A stretch of DNA of 64,000 nucleotides, taken from positions 248,001 to 312,000 of the forward strand of contig CAXHJY010000001.1 of assembly GCA_964016885.1 (NCBI GenBank). Reading direction: 5' to 3'. Made by a program: the position numbers and the translations under genes. Below, one piece after another: positions 46,901-61,900 of the stretch. Each line of letters opens with the position of its first letter. Positions within the stretch are counted from its first letter, which is position 1. Under the pieces are notes generated by a model. It saw only the letters and a program-made list of their open reading frames with translations, was not told the origin of the DNA and ran no database searches. This stretch comes from Eledone cirrhosa (Eukaryota).

Positions 46901-49900
46901 CAGTGCCATCCTTTACTCTACTATTGAGATGTCTTTGTCAGTGCCATCCTTTACTCTACTGTTGAGATGTCTTTGTCAGTGTCATCCTTTACTCTACTAT
47001 TGAGATGTCTTTGTCAGTGTCATCCTTTACTCTACTATTGTGATGTCTTTGTCAGTGTCATCCTTTACTCTACTATTAAGATGTCTTTGTCAGTGTCATC
47101 CTTTACTCTACTATTGAGATGTCTTTGTCAGTGTCATGCTTTACTTTAGTATTGAGATGTCTTTGTCAGTGCCATGCTTTACTCTATTGAGATGTCTTTG
47201 TCAGTGTCATCCTTTACTCTACTATTGAGATATCTTTGTCAGTGTCATCCTTTACTCTATTGAGATGTCTTTGTCTGTGCCATCCTTTACTTTACTATTG
47301 AGATGTCTTTTTCAGTGTCATCCTTTACTCTACTATAGAGATCTCTTTGTCAGTGTCATCCTTTACTCTACTATTGAGATGTCTTTGTCAGTGTCATCCT
47401 TTACTCTATTGAGATGTCTTTGTCTGTGCCATCCTTTACTTTACTATTGAGATGTCTTTGTCAGTGTCATCCTTTACTTTACTATTGAGATGTCTTTGTC
47501 AGTGTCAACCTTTACTCTACTATTGAGATCTCTTTGTCAGTGTCATCCTTTACTCTACTATTGAGATGTCTTTGTCAGTGTCATCCTTTACTTTACTACT
47601 GAGATGTCTTTGTCAGTGTCATCCTTTACTCTACTATTGAGATGTCTTTGTCAGTGTCATCCTTTACTCTACTATTGAGATGTCTTTGTCAGTGTCATCC
47701 TTTACTCTACTATTGAGATGTCTTTGTCAGTGTCATCCTTTACTCTACTATTGAGATGTCTTTGTCAGTGCCATCCTTTACTCTACTATTGAGATATATT
47801 TGTCAGTGCCATCCTTTACTCTACTATTGAGATATATTTGTCAGTGCCATCCTTTACTTTACTATTGAGATGTCTTTGTCAGTGTCATCCTTTACTCTAC
47901 TATTGAGATGTCTTTGTCAGTGTCATCCTTTACTCTATTGAGATGTCTTTGTCTGTGCCATCCTTTACTCTACTATTGAGATGTCTTTGTCAGTGCCATC
48001 CTTTACTCTACTATTGAGATGTCTTTGTCAGTGTCATCCTTTACTCTATTGAGATGTCTTTGTCAGTGCCATCCTTTACTCTACTATTGAGATGTCTTTG
48101 TTAGTGCCATGCTTTACTTTACTATTGAGATGTCTTTGTCAGTGTCATCCTTTACTCTACTATTGAGATGTCTTTGTCAGTGCCATCCTTTACTCTACTA
48201 TTGAGATGTCTTTGTCAGTGTCATCCTTTACTCTATTGAGATGTCTTTGTCAGTGTCATCCTTTACTCTATTGAGATGTCTTTGTCAGTGCCATCCTTTA
48301 CTCTACTATTGAGATGTCTTTGTCAGTGCCATCCTTTACTTTCCTATTGAGATGTCTTTGTCAGTGCCATCCTTTACTCTACTATTGAGATGTCTTTGTC
48401 AGTGTCATCCTTTACTTTACTATTGAGATGCCTTTGTCATTGCCATCCTTTACTTTACTACTGAGATGTCTTTGTCAGTGTCATCCTTTACTCTACCATT
48501 GAGATGTCTTTGTTAGTCTCATCCTTTACTCTACTATTGAGATGTCTTTGTCAGTTCCATCCTTTACTCTACTATTGAGATGTCTTTGTCTGTGCCATCC
48601 TTTACTCTACTATTGAGATGTCTTTGTCAGTGCCATCCTTTACTCTACTATTGAGATGTCTTTGTCAGTGCCATCCTTTACTCTACTATTGAGATGTCTT
48701 TGTCAGTGCCATCCTTTACTCTATTGAGATGTCTTTGTCAGTGTCATCCTTCACTTTACTACTGAGATGTCTTTGTCAGTGCCATCCTTTACTCTATTAT
48801 TGAGATGTCTTTGTCAGTGCCATCCTTTACTCTATTGAGATGTCTTTGTCAGTGTCATCCTTTACTTTACTACTGAGATGTCTTTGTCAGTGCCATCCTT
48901 TACTCTATTGAGATGTCTTTGTCAGTGCCATCCTTTACTCTACTATTGAGATGTCTTTGTCAGTGCCATCCTTTACTCTATTGAGATGTCTTTGTCAGTG
49001 TCATCCTTTACATTACTACTGAGATGTCTTTGTCAGTGCCATCCTTTACTCTACTATTGAGATGTCTTTGTCAGTGTCATCCTTTACTCTACTATTGAGA
49101 TGTCTTTGTCAGTGCCATCCTTTACTCTACTATTGAGATGTCTTTGTCAGTGTCATCCTTTACTCTACTATTGAGATGTCTTTGTCAGTGTCATCATTTA
49201 CTCTACTATTGAGATGTCTTTGTCAGTGTCATCCTTTACTCTACTATTGAGATGTCTTTGTCAGTGCCATCCTTTACTCTACTATTGAGATGTCTTTGTC
49301 AGTGCCATCCTTTACTCTACTATTGAGATGTCTTTGTCAGTGTCATCCTTTACTCTACCATTGAGATGTCTTAGTCAGTGTCATCCTTTACTCTACTATT
49401 GAGATGTCTTTGTCAGGGCCATCCTTTACTCTACTATTGAGATGTCTTTGTCAGTGCCATCCTTTACTCTACTATTGAGATGTCTTTGTCAGTGTCATCC
49501 TTTACTCTATTGAGATGTCTTTGTCTGTGCCATCCTTTACTCTACTATTGAGATGTCTTTGTCAGTGTCATCCTTTACTCTATTGAGATGTCTTTGTCAG
49601 TGCCATCCTTTACTCTACGATTGAGATGTCTTTGTCAGTGCCATCCTTTACTCTACTATTGAGATGTCTTTGTCAGTGTCATCCTTTACTTTACTATTGA
49701 GATGTCTTTGTCAGTGCCATCCTTTACTCTATTGAGATGTCTTTGTCAGTGTCATCCTTTACTCTACTATTGAGATGTCTTTGTCAGTGCTATCCTTTAC
49801 TCTACTATTGAGATGTCTTTGTCAGTGTCATCCTTTACTCTACTATTGAGATGTTTTTGTCAGTGCCATCCTTTACTTTACTATTGAGATGTCTTTGTCA

Positions 49901-52900
49901 GTGTCATCCTTTACTCTACCATTGAGATGTCTTTGTCAGTGTCATCCTTTATTCTACTATTGAGATGTCTTTGTCAGTGTCATCCTTTACTCTACTATTG
50001 AGATGTCTTTGTCAATGCCATCCTTTACTCTACTATTGAGATATCTCTGTCAGTGCCATCCTTTACTTTACCATTGAGATGTCTTTGTCAGTGCCATCCT
50101 TTACTCTACTATTGAGATGTCTTTGTCAGTTCCATCCTTTACTCTACTATTGAGATGTCTTTGTCAGTGTCATCCTTTACTCTACTATTGAGATGTCTTT
50201 GTCAGTGTCATCCTTTACTCTACTATTGAGATGTTTTTTAATCAGTGCCATCCTTTACTTTACTATTGAGATGTCTTTGTCAGTGCCATCCTTTACTTTA
50301 CTATTGAGATGTCTTTGTCAGTGTCATCCTTTACTCTACCATTGAGATGTCTTTGTCAGTGCCATCCTTTACTTTACTATTGAGATATCTTTGTCAGTGT
50401 CATCCTTTACTCTACTATTGAGATGTCTTTGTCAGTGTCATCCTTTACTCTACTATTGAGACGTCTTTGTCAGTGTCATCCTTTACTCTATTGAGATGTC
50501 TTTGTCAGTGTCATCCTTTACTCTACTATTGAGATGTCTTTGTCAGTGTCATCCTTTACTCTACTATTGAGATGTTTTTGTCAGTGCCATCCTTTACTTT
50601 ACTATTGAGATGTCTTTGTCAGTGTCATCCTTTACTCTACCATTGAGATGTCTTTGTCAGTGCCATCCTTTACTCTACTATTGAGATGTCTTTGTCAGTG
50701 TCATCCTTTACCTTACTATTGAGATGTCTTTGTCAGTGCCATCCTTTACTCTACTATTGAGATGTCTTTGTCAGTGCCATCCTTTACTCTACTATTGAGA
50801 TGTCTTTGTCAGTGTCATCCTTTACTCTACTATTGAGATGTCTTTGTCAGTGTCATCCTTTACTCTACTATTGAGATGTTTTTTAATCAGTGCCATCATT
50901 TACTTTACTATTGAGATGTCTTTGTCAGTGCAATCCTTTACTCTACTATTGAGATGTCTTTGTCAGTGTCATCCTTTACTCTACCATTGAGATGTCTTTG
51001 TCAGTGCCATCCTTTACTTTACTATTGAGATATCTTTGTCAGTGTCATCCTTTACTCTACTATTGAGATGTCTTTGTCAGTGTCATCCTTTACTCTACTA
51101 TTGAGACGTCTGTGTCAGTGTCATCCTTTACTCTATTGAGATGTCTTTGTCAGTGTCATCCTTTACTCTACTATTGAGATGTCTTTGTCAGTGCCATCCT
51201 TTACTCTACTATTGAGATGTCTTTGTCAGTGTCATCCTTTACTTTACTATTGAGATGTCTTTGTCAGTGTCATCCTTTATTCTACTATTGAGATGTCTTT
51301 GTCAGTGTCATCCTTTACTTTATTATTAAGATGTCTTTGTCAGTGCCATCCTTTACTCTACTATTGAGATGTCTTTGTCACTGCCATCCTTTACTTTACC
51401 ATTGAGAGGTCTTTGTCAGTGCCATCCTTTACTCTACTATTGAGATGTCTTTGTCAGTGCCATCCTTTACTCTACTATTGAGATGTCTTTGTCAGTGCCA
51501 TCCTTTACTCTACTGTTGAGATGTCTTTGTCAGTGTCATCCTTTACTCTACTATTGAGATGTCTTTGTCAGTGTCATCCTTTACTCTACTATTGTGATGT
51601 CTTTGTCAGTGTCATCCTTTACTCTACTATTAAGATGTCTTTGTCAGTGTCATCCTTTACTCTACTATTGAGATGTCTTTGTCAGTGTCATGCTTTACTT
51701 TAGTATTGAGATGTCTTTGTCAGTGCCATGCTTTACTCTATTGAGATGTCTTTGTCAGTGTCATCCTTTACTCTACTATTGAGATATCTTTGTCAGTGTC
51801 ATCCTTTACTCTATTGAGATGTCTTTGTCTGTGCCATCCTTTACTTTACTATTGAGATGTCTTTTTCAGTGTCATCCTTTACTCTACTATAGAGATCTCT
51901 TTGTCAGTGTCATCCTTTACTCTACTATTGAGATGTCTTTGTCAGTGTCATCCTTTACTCTATTGAGATGTCTTTGTCTGTGCCATCCTTTACTTTACTA
52001 TTGAGATGTCTTTGTCAGTGTCATCCTTTACTTTACTATTGAGATGTCTTTGTCAGTGTCAACCTTTACTCTACTATTGAGATCTCTTTGTCAGTGTCAT
52101 CCTTTACTCTACTATTGAGATGTCTTTGTCAGTGTCATCCTTTACTTTACTACTGAGATGTCTTTGTCAGTGTCATCCTTTACTCTACTATTGAGATATC
52201 TTTGTCAGTGTCATCCTTTACTCTACTATTGAGATGTCTTTGTCAGTGTCATCCTTTACTCTACTATTGAGATGTCTTTGTCAGTGACATCCTTTACTCT
52301 ACTATTGAGATGTCTTTGTCAGTGCCATCCTTTACTCTACTATTGAGATATATTTGTCAGTGCCATCCTTTACTCTACTATTGAGATATATTTGTCAGTG
52401 CCATCCTTTACTTTACTATTGAGATGTCTTTGTCAGTGTCATCCTTTACTCTACTATTGAGATGTCTTTGTCAGTGTCATCCTTTACTCTATTGAGATGT
52501 CTTTGTCTGTGCCATCCTTTACTCTACTATTGAGATGTCTTTGTCAGTGCCATCCTTTACTCTACTATTGAGATGTCTTTGTCAGTGTCATCCTTTACTC
52601 TATTGAGATGTCTTTGTCAGTGCCATCCTTTACTCTACTATTGAGATGTCTTTGTTAGTGCCATGCTTTACTTTACTATTGAGATGTCTTTGTCAGTGTC
52701 ATCCTTTACTCTACTATTGAGATGTCTTTGTCAGTGCCATCCTTTACTCTACTATTGAGATGTCTTTGTCAGTGTCATCCTTTACTCTATTGAGATGTCT
52801 TTGTCAGTGTCATCCTTTACTCTATTGAGATGTCTTTGTCAGTGCCATCCTTTACTCTACTATTGAGATGTCTTTGTCAGTGCCATCCTTTACTTTCCTA

Positions 52901-55900
52901 TTGAGATGTCTTTGTCAGTGCCATCCTTTACTCTACTATTGAGATGTCTTTGTCAGTGTCATCCTTTACTTTACTATTGAGATGCCTTTGTCATTGCCAT
53001 CCTTTACTTTACTACTGAGATGTCTTTGTCAGTGCCATCCTTTACTCTACTATTGAGATATGTTTGTCAGTGTCATCCTTTACTCTACTAATGAGATGTC
53101 TTTGTCATTGCCATCCTTTACTTTACTACTGAGATGTCTTTGTCAGTGTCATACTTTACTCTACTATTGAGATGTCTTTGTTAGTCTCATCCTTTACTCT
53201 ACTATTGAGATGTCTTTGTCAGTTCCATCCTTTACTCTACTATTGAGATGTCTTTGTCTGTGCCATCCTTTACTCTACTATTGAGATGTCTTTGTCAGTG
53301 CCATCCTTTACTCTACTATTGAGATGTCTTTGTCAGTGCCATCCTTTACTCTACTATTGAGATGTCTTTGTCAGTGCCATCCTTTACTCTATTGAGATGT
53401 CTTTGTCAGTGTCATCCTTCACTTTACTACTGAGATGTCTTTGTCAGTGCCATCCTTTACTCTATTATTGAGATGTCTTTGTCAGTGCCATCCTTTACTC
53501 TATTGAGATGTCTTTGTCAGTGTCATCCTTTACTTTACTACTGAGATGTCTTTGTCAGTGCCATCCTTTACTCTATTGAGATGTCTTTGTCAGTGCCATC
53601 CTTTACTCTACTATTGAGATGTCTTTGTCAGTGCCATCCTTTACTCTATTGAGATGTCTTTGTCAGTGTCATCCTTTACATTACTACTGAGATGTCTTTG
53701 TCAGTGCCATCCTTTACTCTACTATTGAGATGTCTTTGTCAGTGTCATCCTTTACTCTACTATTGAGATGTCTTTGTCAGTGCCATCCTTTACTCTACTA
53801 TTGAGATGTCTTTGTCAGTGTCATCCTTTACTCTACTATTGAGATGTCTTTGTCAGTGTCATCATTTACTCTACTATTGAGATGTCTTTGTCAGTGTCAT
53901 CCTTTACTCTACTATTGAGATGTCTTTGTCAGTGCCATCCTTTACTCTACTATTGAGATGTCTTTGTCAGTGCCATCCTTTACTCTACTATTGAGATGTC
54001 TTTGTCAGTGTCATCCTTTACTCTACCATTGAGATGTCTTTGTCAGTGTCATCCTTTACTCTACTATTGAGATGTCTTTGTCAGTGCCATCCTTTACTCT
54101 ACTATTGAGATGTCTTTGTCAGTGCCATCCTTTACTCTACTATTGAGATGTCTTTGTCAGTGTCATCCTTTACTCTATTGAGATGTCTTTGTCTGTGCCA
54201 TCCTTTACTCTACTATTGAGATGTCTTTGTCAGTGTCATCCTTTACTCTATTGAGATGTCTTTGTCAGTGCCATCCTTTACTCTACGATTGAGATGTCTT
54301 TGTCAGTGCCATCCTTTACTCTACTATTGAGATGTCTTTGTCAGTGTCATCCTTTACTTTACTATTGAGATGTCTTTGTCAGTGCCATCCTTTACTCTAT
54401 TGAGATGTCTTTGTCAGTGTCATCCTTTACTCTACTATTGAGATGTCTTTGTCAGTGCTATCCTTTACTCTACTATTGAGATGTCTTTGTCAGTGTCATC
54501 CTTTACTCCATTGAGATGTCTTTGTCTGTGCCATCCTTTACTTTACTATTGAGATGTCTTTGTCAGTGTCATCCTTTACTCTACTATTGATATGTCTTTG
54601 TCAGTGTCATCCTTTACTCTACTATTGAGATATCTTTGTCAGTGTCATCCTTTACTTTACTATTGAGATGTCTTTGTCAGTGCCATCCTTTACTCTACTA
54701 TTGATATGTCTTTCTCAGTGTCATCCTTTACTCTATTGAGATGTCTTTGTCAGTACCATCCTTTACTTTACTCTACTATTGAGATGTCTTTGTCAAAGCC
54801 TTCCTTTACTTTACTACTGAGATGTCTTTGTCAGTACCATCCTTTACTCTACTATTGAGATGTCTTTGTCAGTGCCATCCTTTACTTTACTACTGAGATG
54901 TCTTTGTCAGTGTCATCCTTTACTCTACTATTGAGATGTCTTTGTCAGTGCCATCCTTTACTTTACTACTGAGATGTCTTTGTCAGTGTCATCCTTTACT
55001 CTACTATTGAGATGTCTTTGTCAGTGTCATCCTTTACTCTACTATTGAGATGTCTTTGTCAGTGTCATCCTTTACTCTACTATTGAGATGTCTTTGTCAG
55101 TGCCATCCTTTACTCTACTATTGAGATGTATTTGTCAGTGCCATCCTTTACTTTACTATTGAGATGTCTTTGTCAGTGCCATCCTTTACTCTACTATTGA
55201 GATGTCTTTGTCAGTGCCATCCTTTACTCTACTATTGAGATGTCTTTGTCAGTGCCATCCTTTACTCTACTATTGAGATGTCTTTGTCAGTGCCATCCTT
55301 TACTCTACTATTGAGATGTCTTTGTCAGTGCCATCCTTTACTCTATTGAGATGTCTTTGTCAGTGTCATCCTTTACTCTACTATTGAGATGTCTTTGTCA
55401 GTGTCATCCTTTACTCTATTGAGATGTCTTTGTCAGTGTCATCCTTTACTCTATTGAGATGTCTTTGTCAGTGTCATCCTTTACTCTATTGAGATGTCTT
55501 TGTCAGTGTCATCCTTTACTTTACTACTGAGATGTCTTTGTCAGTGCCATCCTTTACTCTACTATTGAGATGTCTTTGTCAGTGCCATCTTTACTCTATT
55601 GAGATGTCTTTGTCAGTGTCATCCTTCACTTTACTACTGAGATGTCTTTGTCAGTGCCATCCTTTACTCTACTATTGAGATGTCTTTGTCAGTGCCATCC
55701 TTTACTCTATTGAGATGTCTTTGTCAGTGTCATCCTTCACTTTACTACTGAGATGTCTTTGTCAGTGACATCCTTTACTCTACTATTGAGATGTCTTTGT
55801 CAGTGCCATCCTTTACTCTATTGAGATGTCTTTGTCAGTGTTATCCTTTACTTTACTACTGAGATGTCTTTGTCAGTGCCATCCTTCATTCTACTATTGA

Positions 55901-58900
55901 GATGTCTTTGTCTGTGTCATCCTTTACTCTATTGAGATGTCTTTGTCAGTGCCATCCTTTACTCTACTATTGAGATGTCTTTGTCAGTGCCATCCTTTAC
56001 TCTATTGAGATGTCTTTGTCAGTGTCATCCTTTACTTTACTACTGAGATGTCTTTGTCAGTGCCATCCTTTACTCTACTATTGAGATGTCTTTGTCAGTG
56101 TCATCCTTTACTCTACCATTGAGATGTCTTTGTCAGTGTCATCCTTTACTCTACTATTGAGATGTCTTTGTCAGTGCCATCCTTTACTCTACTATTGAGA
56201 TGTCTTTGTCAGTGTCATCCTTTACTCTACTATTGAGATGTCTTTGTCAGTGACATCATTTACTCTACTATTGAGATGTCTTTGTCAGTGTCATCCTTTA
56301 CTCTACTATTGAGATGTCTTTGTCAGTGTCATCCTTTACTCTATTGAGATGTCTTTGTCTGTGCCATCCTTTACTCTACTATTGAGATGTCTTTGTCAGT
56401 GTCATCCTTTACTCTATTGAGATGTCTTTGTCAGTGCCATCCTTTACTCTACGATTGAGATGTCTTTGTCAGTGCCATCCGTTACTCTACTATTGAGATG
56501 TCTTTGTCAGTGTCATCCTTTACTTTACTATTGAGATGTCTTTGTCAGTGCCATCCTTTACTCTATTGAGATGTCTTTGTCAGTGTCATCCTTTACTCTA
56601 CTATTGAGATGTCTTTGTCAGTGCTATCCTTTACTCTACTATTGAGATGTCTTTGTCAGTGTCATCCTTTACTCTATTGAGATGTCTTTGTCTGTGCCAT
56701 CCTTTACTTTACTATTGAGATGTCTTTGTCAGTGTCATCCTTTACTCTACTATTGAGATGTCTTTGTCAGTGTCATCCTTTACTCTACTATTGAGATGTC
56801 TTTGTCAGTGTCATCCTTTACTTTACTATTGAGATGTCTTTGTCAGTGCCATCCTTTACTCTACTGTTGAGATGTCTTTGTCAGTGTCATCCTTTACTCT
56901 ATTGAGATGTCTTTGTCAGTACCATCCTTTACTTTACTATTGAGATGTCTTTGTCAAAGCCATACTTTACTCTACTATTGAGATGTCTTTGTCAGTGTCA
57001 TCCTTTAATTTACTATTGAGATGTCTTTGTCAGTGCCATCCTTTACTTTACTACTGAGATGTCTTTGTCAGTACCATCCTTTACTCTACTATTGGGATAT
57101 CTTTGTCAGTGTCATCCTTTACTCTACCATTGAGATGTCTTTGTCAGTGCCATCCTTTACTCTACTATTGAGATGTCTTTGTCAGTGTCATCCTTTACCT
57201 TACTATTGAGATGTCTTTGTCAGTGCCATCCTTTATTCTACTATTGAGATGTCTTTGTCAGTGCCATCCTTTACTCTACTATTGAGATGTCTTTGTCAGT
57301 GTCATCCTTTACTCTACTATTGAGATGTCTTTGTCAGTGTCATCCTTTACTCTACTATTGAGATGTTTTTTAATCAGTGCCATCATTTACTTTACTATTG
57401 AGATGTCTTTGTCAGTGCAATCCTTTACTCTACTATTGAGATGTCTTTGTCAGTGTCATCCTTTACTCTACCATTGAGATGTCTTTGTCAGTGCCATCCT
57501 TTACTTTACTATTGAGATATCTTTGTCAGTGTCATCCTTTACTCTACTATTGAGATGTCTTTGTCAGTGTCATCCTTTACTCTACTATTGAGACGTCTGT
57601 GTCAGTGTCATCCTTTACTCTATTGAGATGTCTTTGTCAGTGTCATCCTTTACTCTACTATTGAGATGTCTTTGTCAGTGCCATCCTTTACTCTACTATT
57701 GAGATGTCTTTGTCAGTGTCATCCTTTACTTTACTATTGAGATGTCTTTGTCAGTGTCATCCTTTATTCTACTATTGAGATGTCTTTGTCAGTGTCATCC
57801 TTTACTTTATTATTAAGATGTCTTTGTCAGTGCTATCCTTTACTCTACTATTGAGATGTCTTTGTCACTGCCATCCTTTACTTTACCATTGAGAGGTCTT
57901 TGTCAGTGCCATCCTTTACTCTACTATTGAGATGTCTTTGTCAGTGCCATCCTTTACTCTACTATTGAGATGTCTTTGTCAGTGCCATCCTTTACTCTAC
58001 TGTTGAGATGTCTTTGTCAGTGTCATCCTTTACTCTACTATTGAGATGTCTTTGTCAGTGTCATCCTTTACTCTACTATTGTGATGTCTTTGTCAGTGTC
58101 ATCCTTTACTCTACTATTAAGATGTCTTTGTCAGTGTCATCCTTTACTCTACTATTGAGATGTCTTTGTCAGTGTCATGCTTTACTTTAGTATTGAGATG
58201 TCTTTGTCAGTGCCATGCTTTACTCTATTGAGATGTCTTTGTCAGTGTCATCCTTTACTCTACTATTGAGATATCTTTGTCAGTGTCATCCTTTACTCTA
58301 TTGAGATGTCTTTGTCTGTGCCATCCTTTACTTTACTATTGAGATGTCTTTTTCAGTGTCATCCTTTACTCTACTATAGAGATCTCTTTGTCAGTGTCAT
58401 CCTTTACTCTACTATTGAGATGTCTTTGTCAGTGTCATCCTTTACTCTATTGAGATGTCTTTGTCTGTGCCATCCTTTACTTTACTATTGAGATGTCTTT
58501 GTCAGTGTCATCCTTTACTTTACTATTGAGATGTCTTTGTCAGTGTCAACCTTTACTCTACTATTGAGATCTCTTTGTCAGTGTCATCCTTTACTCTACT
58601 ATTGAGATGTCTTTGTCAGTGTCATCCTTTACTTTACTACTGAGATGTCTTTGTCAGTGTCATCCTTTACTCTACTATTGAGATGTCTTTGTCAGTGTCA
58701 TCCTTTACTCTACTATTGAGATGTCTTTGTCAGTGTCATCCTTTACTCTACTATTGAGATGTCTTTGTCAGTGACATCCTTTACTCTACTATTGAGATGT
58801 CTTTGTCAGTGTCATCCTTTACTCTACTATTGAGATATATTTGTCAGTGCCATCCTTTACTCTACTATTGAGATATATTTGTCAGTGCCATCCTTTACTT

Positions 58901-61900
58901 TACTATTGAGATGTCTTTGTCAGTGTCATCCTTTACTCTACTATTGAGATGTCTTTGTCAGTGTCATCCTTTACTCTATTGAGATGTCTTTGTCTGTGCC
59001 ATCCTTTACTCTACTATTGAGATGTCTTTGTCAGTGCCATCCTTTACTCTACTATTGAGATGTCTTTGTCAGTGTCATCCTTTACTCTATTGAGATGTCT
59101 TTGTCAGTGCCATCCTTTACTCTACTATTGAGATGTCTTTGTTAGTGCCATGCTTTACTTTACTATTGAGATGTCTTTGTCAGTGTCATCCTTTACTCTA
59201 CTATTGAGATGTCTTTGTCAGTGCCATCCTTTACTCTACTATTGAGATGTCTTTGTCAGTGTCATCCTTTACTCTATTGAGATGTCTTTGTCAGTGTCAT
59301 CCTTTACTCTATTGAGATGTCTTTGTCAGTGCCATCCTTTACTCTACTATTGAGATGTCTTTGTCAGTGCCATCCTTTACTTTCCTATTGAGATGTCTTT
59401 GTCAGTGCCATCCTTTACTCTACTATTGAGATGTCTTTGTCAGTGTCATCCTTTACTTTACTATTGAGATGCCTTTGTCATTGCCATCCTTTACTTTACT
59501 ACTGAGATGTCTTTGTCAGTGCCATCCTTTACTCTACTATTGAGATATGTTTGTCAGTGTCATCCTTTACTCTACTAATGAGATGTCTTTGTCATTGCCA
59601 TCCTTTACTTTACTACTGAGATGTCTTTGTCAGTGTCATACTTTACTCTACTATTGAGATGTCTTTGTTAGTCTCATCCTTTACTCTACTATTGAGATGT
59701 CTTTGTCAGTTCCATCCTTTACTCTACTATTGAGATGTCTTTGTCTGTGCCATCCTTTACTCTACTATTGAGATGTCTTTGTCAGTGCCATCCTTTACTC
59801 TACTATTGAGATGTCTTTGTCAGTGCCATCCTTTACTCTACTATTGAGATGTCTTTGTCAGTCCCATCCTTTACTCTATTGAGATGTCTTTGTCAGTGTC
59901 ATCCTTCACTTTACTACTGAGATGTCTTTGTCAGTGCCATCCTTTACTCTATTATTGAGATGTCTTTGTCAGTGCCATCCTTTACTCTATTGAGATGTCT
60001 TTGTCAGTGTCATCCTTTACTTTACTACTGAGATGTCTTTGTCAGTGCCATCCTTTACTCTATTGAGATGTCTTTGTCAGTGCCATCCTTTACTCTACTA
60101 TTGAGATGTCTTTGTCAGTGCCATCCTTTACTCTATTGAGATGTCTTTGTCAGTGTCATCCTTTACATTACTACTGAGATGTCTTTGTCAGTGCCATCCT
60201 TTACTCTACTATTGAGATGTCTTTGTCAGTGTCATCCTTTACTCTACTATTGAGATGTCTTTGTCAGTGCCATCCTTTACTCTACTATTGAGATGTCTTT
60301 GTCAGTGTCATCCTTTACTCTACTATTGAGATGTCTTTGTCAGTGTCATCATTTACTCTACTATTGAGATGTCTTTGTCAGTGTCATCCTTTACTCTACT
60401 ATTGAGATGTCTTTGTCAGTGCCATCCTTTACTCTACTATTGAGATGTCTTTGTCAGTGCCATCCTTTACTCTACTATTGAGATGTCTTTGTCAGTGTCA
60501 TCCTTTACTCTACCATTGAGATGTCTTTGTCAGTGTCATCCTTTACTCTACTATTGAGATGTCTTTGTCAGTGCCATCCTTTACTCTACTATTGAGATGT
60601 CTTTGTCAGTGCCATCCTTTACTCTACTATTGAGATGTCTTTGTCAGTGTCATCCTTTACTCTATTGAGATGTCTTTGTCTGTGCCATCCTTTACTCTAC
60701 TATTGAGATGTCTTTGTCAGTGTCATCCTTTACTCTATTGAGATGTCTTTGTCAGTGCCATCCTTTACTCTACGATTGAGATGTCTTTGTCAGTGCCATC
60801 CTTTACTCTACTATTGAGATGTCTTTGTCAGTGTCATCCTTTACTTTACTATTGAGATGTCTTTGTCAGTGCCATCCTTTACTCTATTGAGATGTCTTTG
60901 TCAGTGTCATCCTTTACTCTACTATTGAGATGTCTTTGTCAGTGCTATCCTTTACTCTACTATTGAGATGTCTTTGTCAGTGTCATCCTTTACTCCATTG
61001 AGATGTCTTTGTCTGTGCCATCCTTTACTTTACTATTGAGATGTCTTTGTCAGTGTCATCCTTTACTCTACTATTGATATGTCTTTGTCAGTGTCATCCT
61101 TTACTCTACTATTGAGATATCTTTGTCAGTGTCATCCTTTACTTTACTATTGAGATGTCTTTGTCAGTGCCATCCTTTACTCTACTATTGATATGTCTTT
61201 GTCAGTGTCATCCTTTACTCTATTGAGATGTCTTTGTCAGTACCATCCTTTACTTTACTCTACTATTGAGATGTCTTTGTCAAAGCCTTCCTTTACTTTA
61301 CTACTGAGATGTCTTTGTCAGTACCATCCTTTACTCTACTATTGAGATGTCTTTGTCAGTGCCATCCTTTACTTTACTACTGAGATGTCTTTGTCAGTGT
61401 CATCCTTTACTCTACTATTGAGATGTCTTTGTCAGTGCCATCCTTTACTTTACTACTGAGATGTCTTTGTCAGTGTCATCCTTTACTCTACTATTGAGAT
61501 GTCTTTGTCAGTGTCATCCTTTACTCTACTATTGAGATGTCTTTGTCAGTGTCATCCTTTACTCTACTATTGAGATGTCTCTGTCAGTGCCATCCTTTAC
61601 TCTACTATTGAGATGTATTTGTCAGTGCCATCCTTTACTTTACTATTGAGATGTCTTTGTCAGTGCCATCCTTTACTCTACTATTGAGATGTCTTTGTCA
61701 GTGCCATCCTTTACTCTACTATTGAGATGTCTTTGTCAGTGCCATCCTTTACTCTACTATTGAGATGTCTTTGTCAGTGCCATCCTTTACTCTACTATTG
61801 AGATGTCTTTGTCAGTGCCATCCTTTACTCTATTGAGATGTCTTTGTCAGTGTCATCCTTTACTCTACTATTGAGATGTCTTTGTCAGTGTCATCCTTTA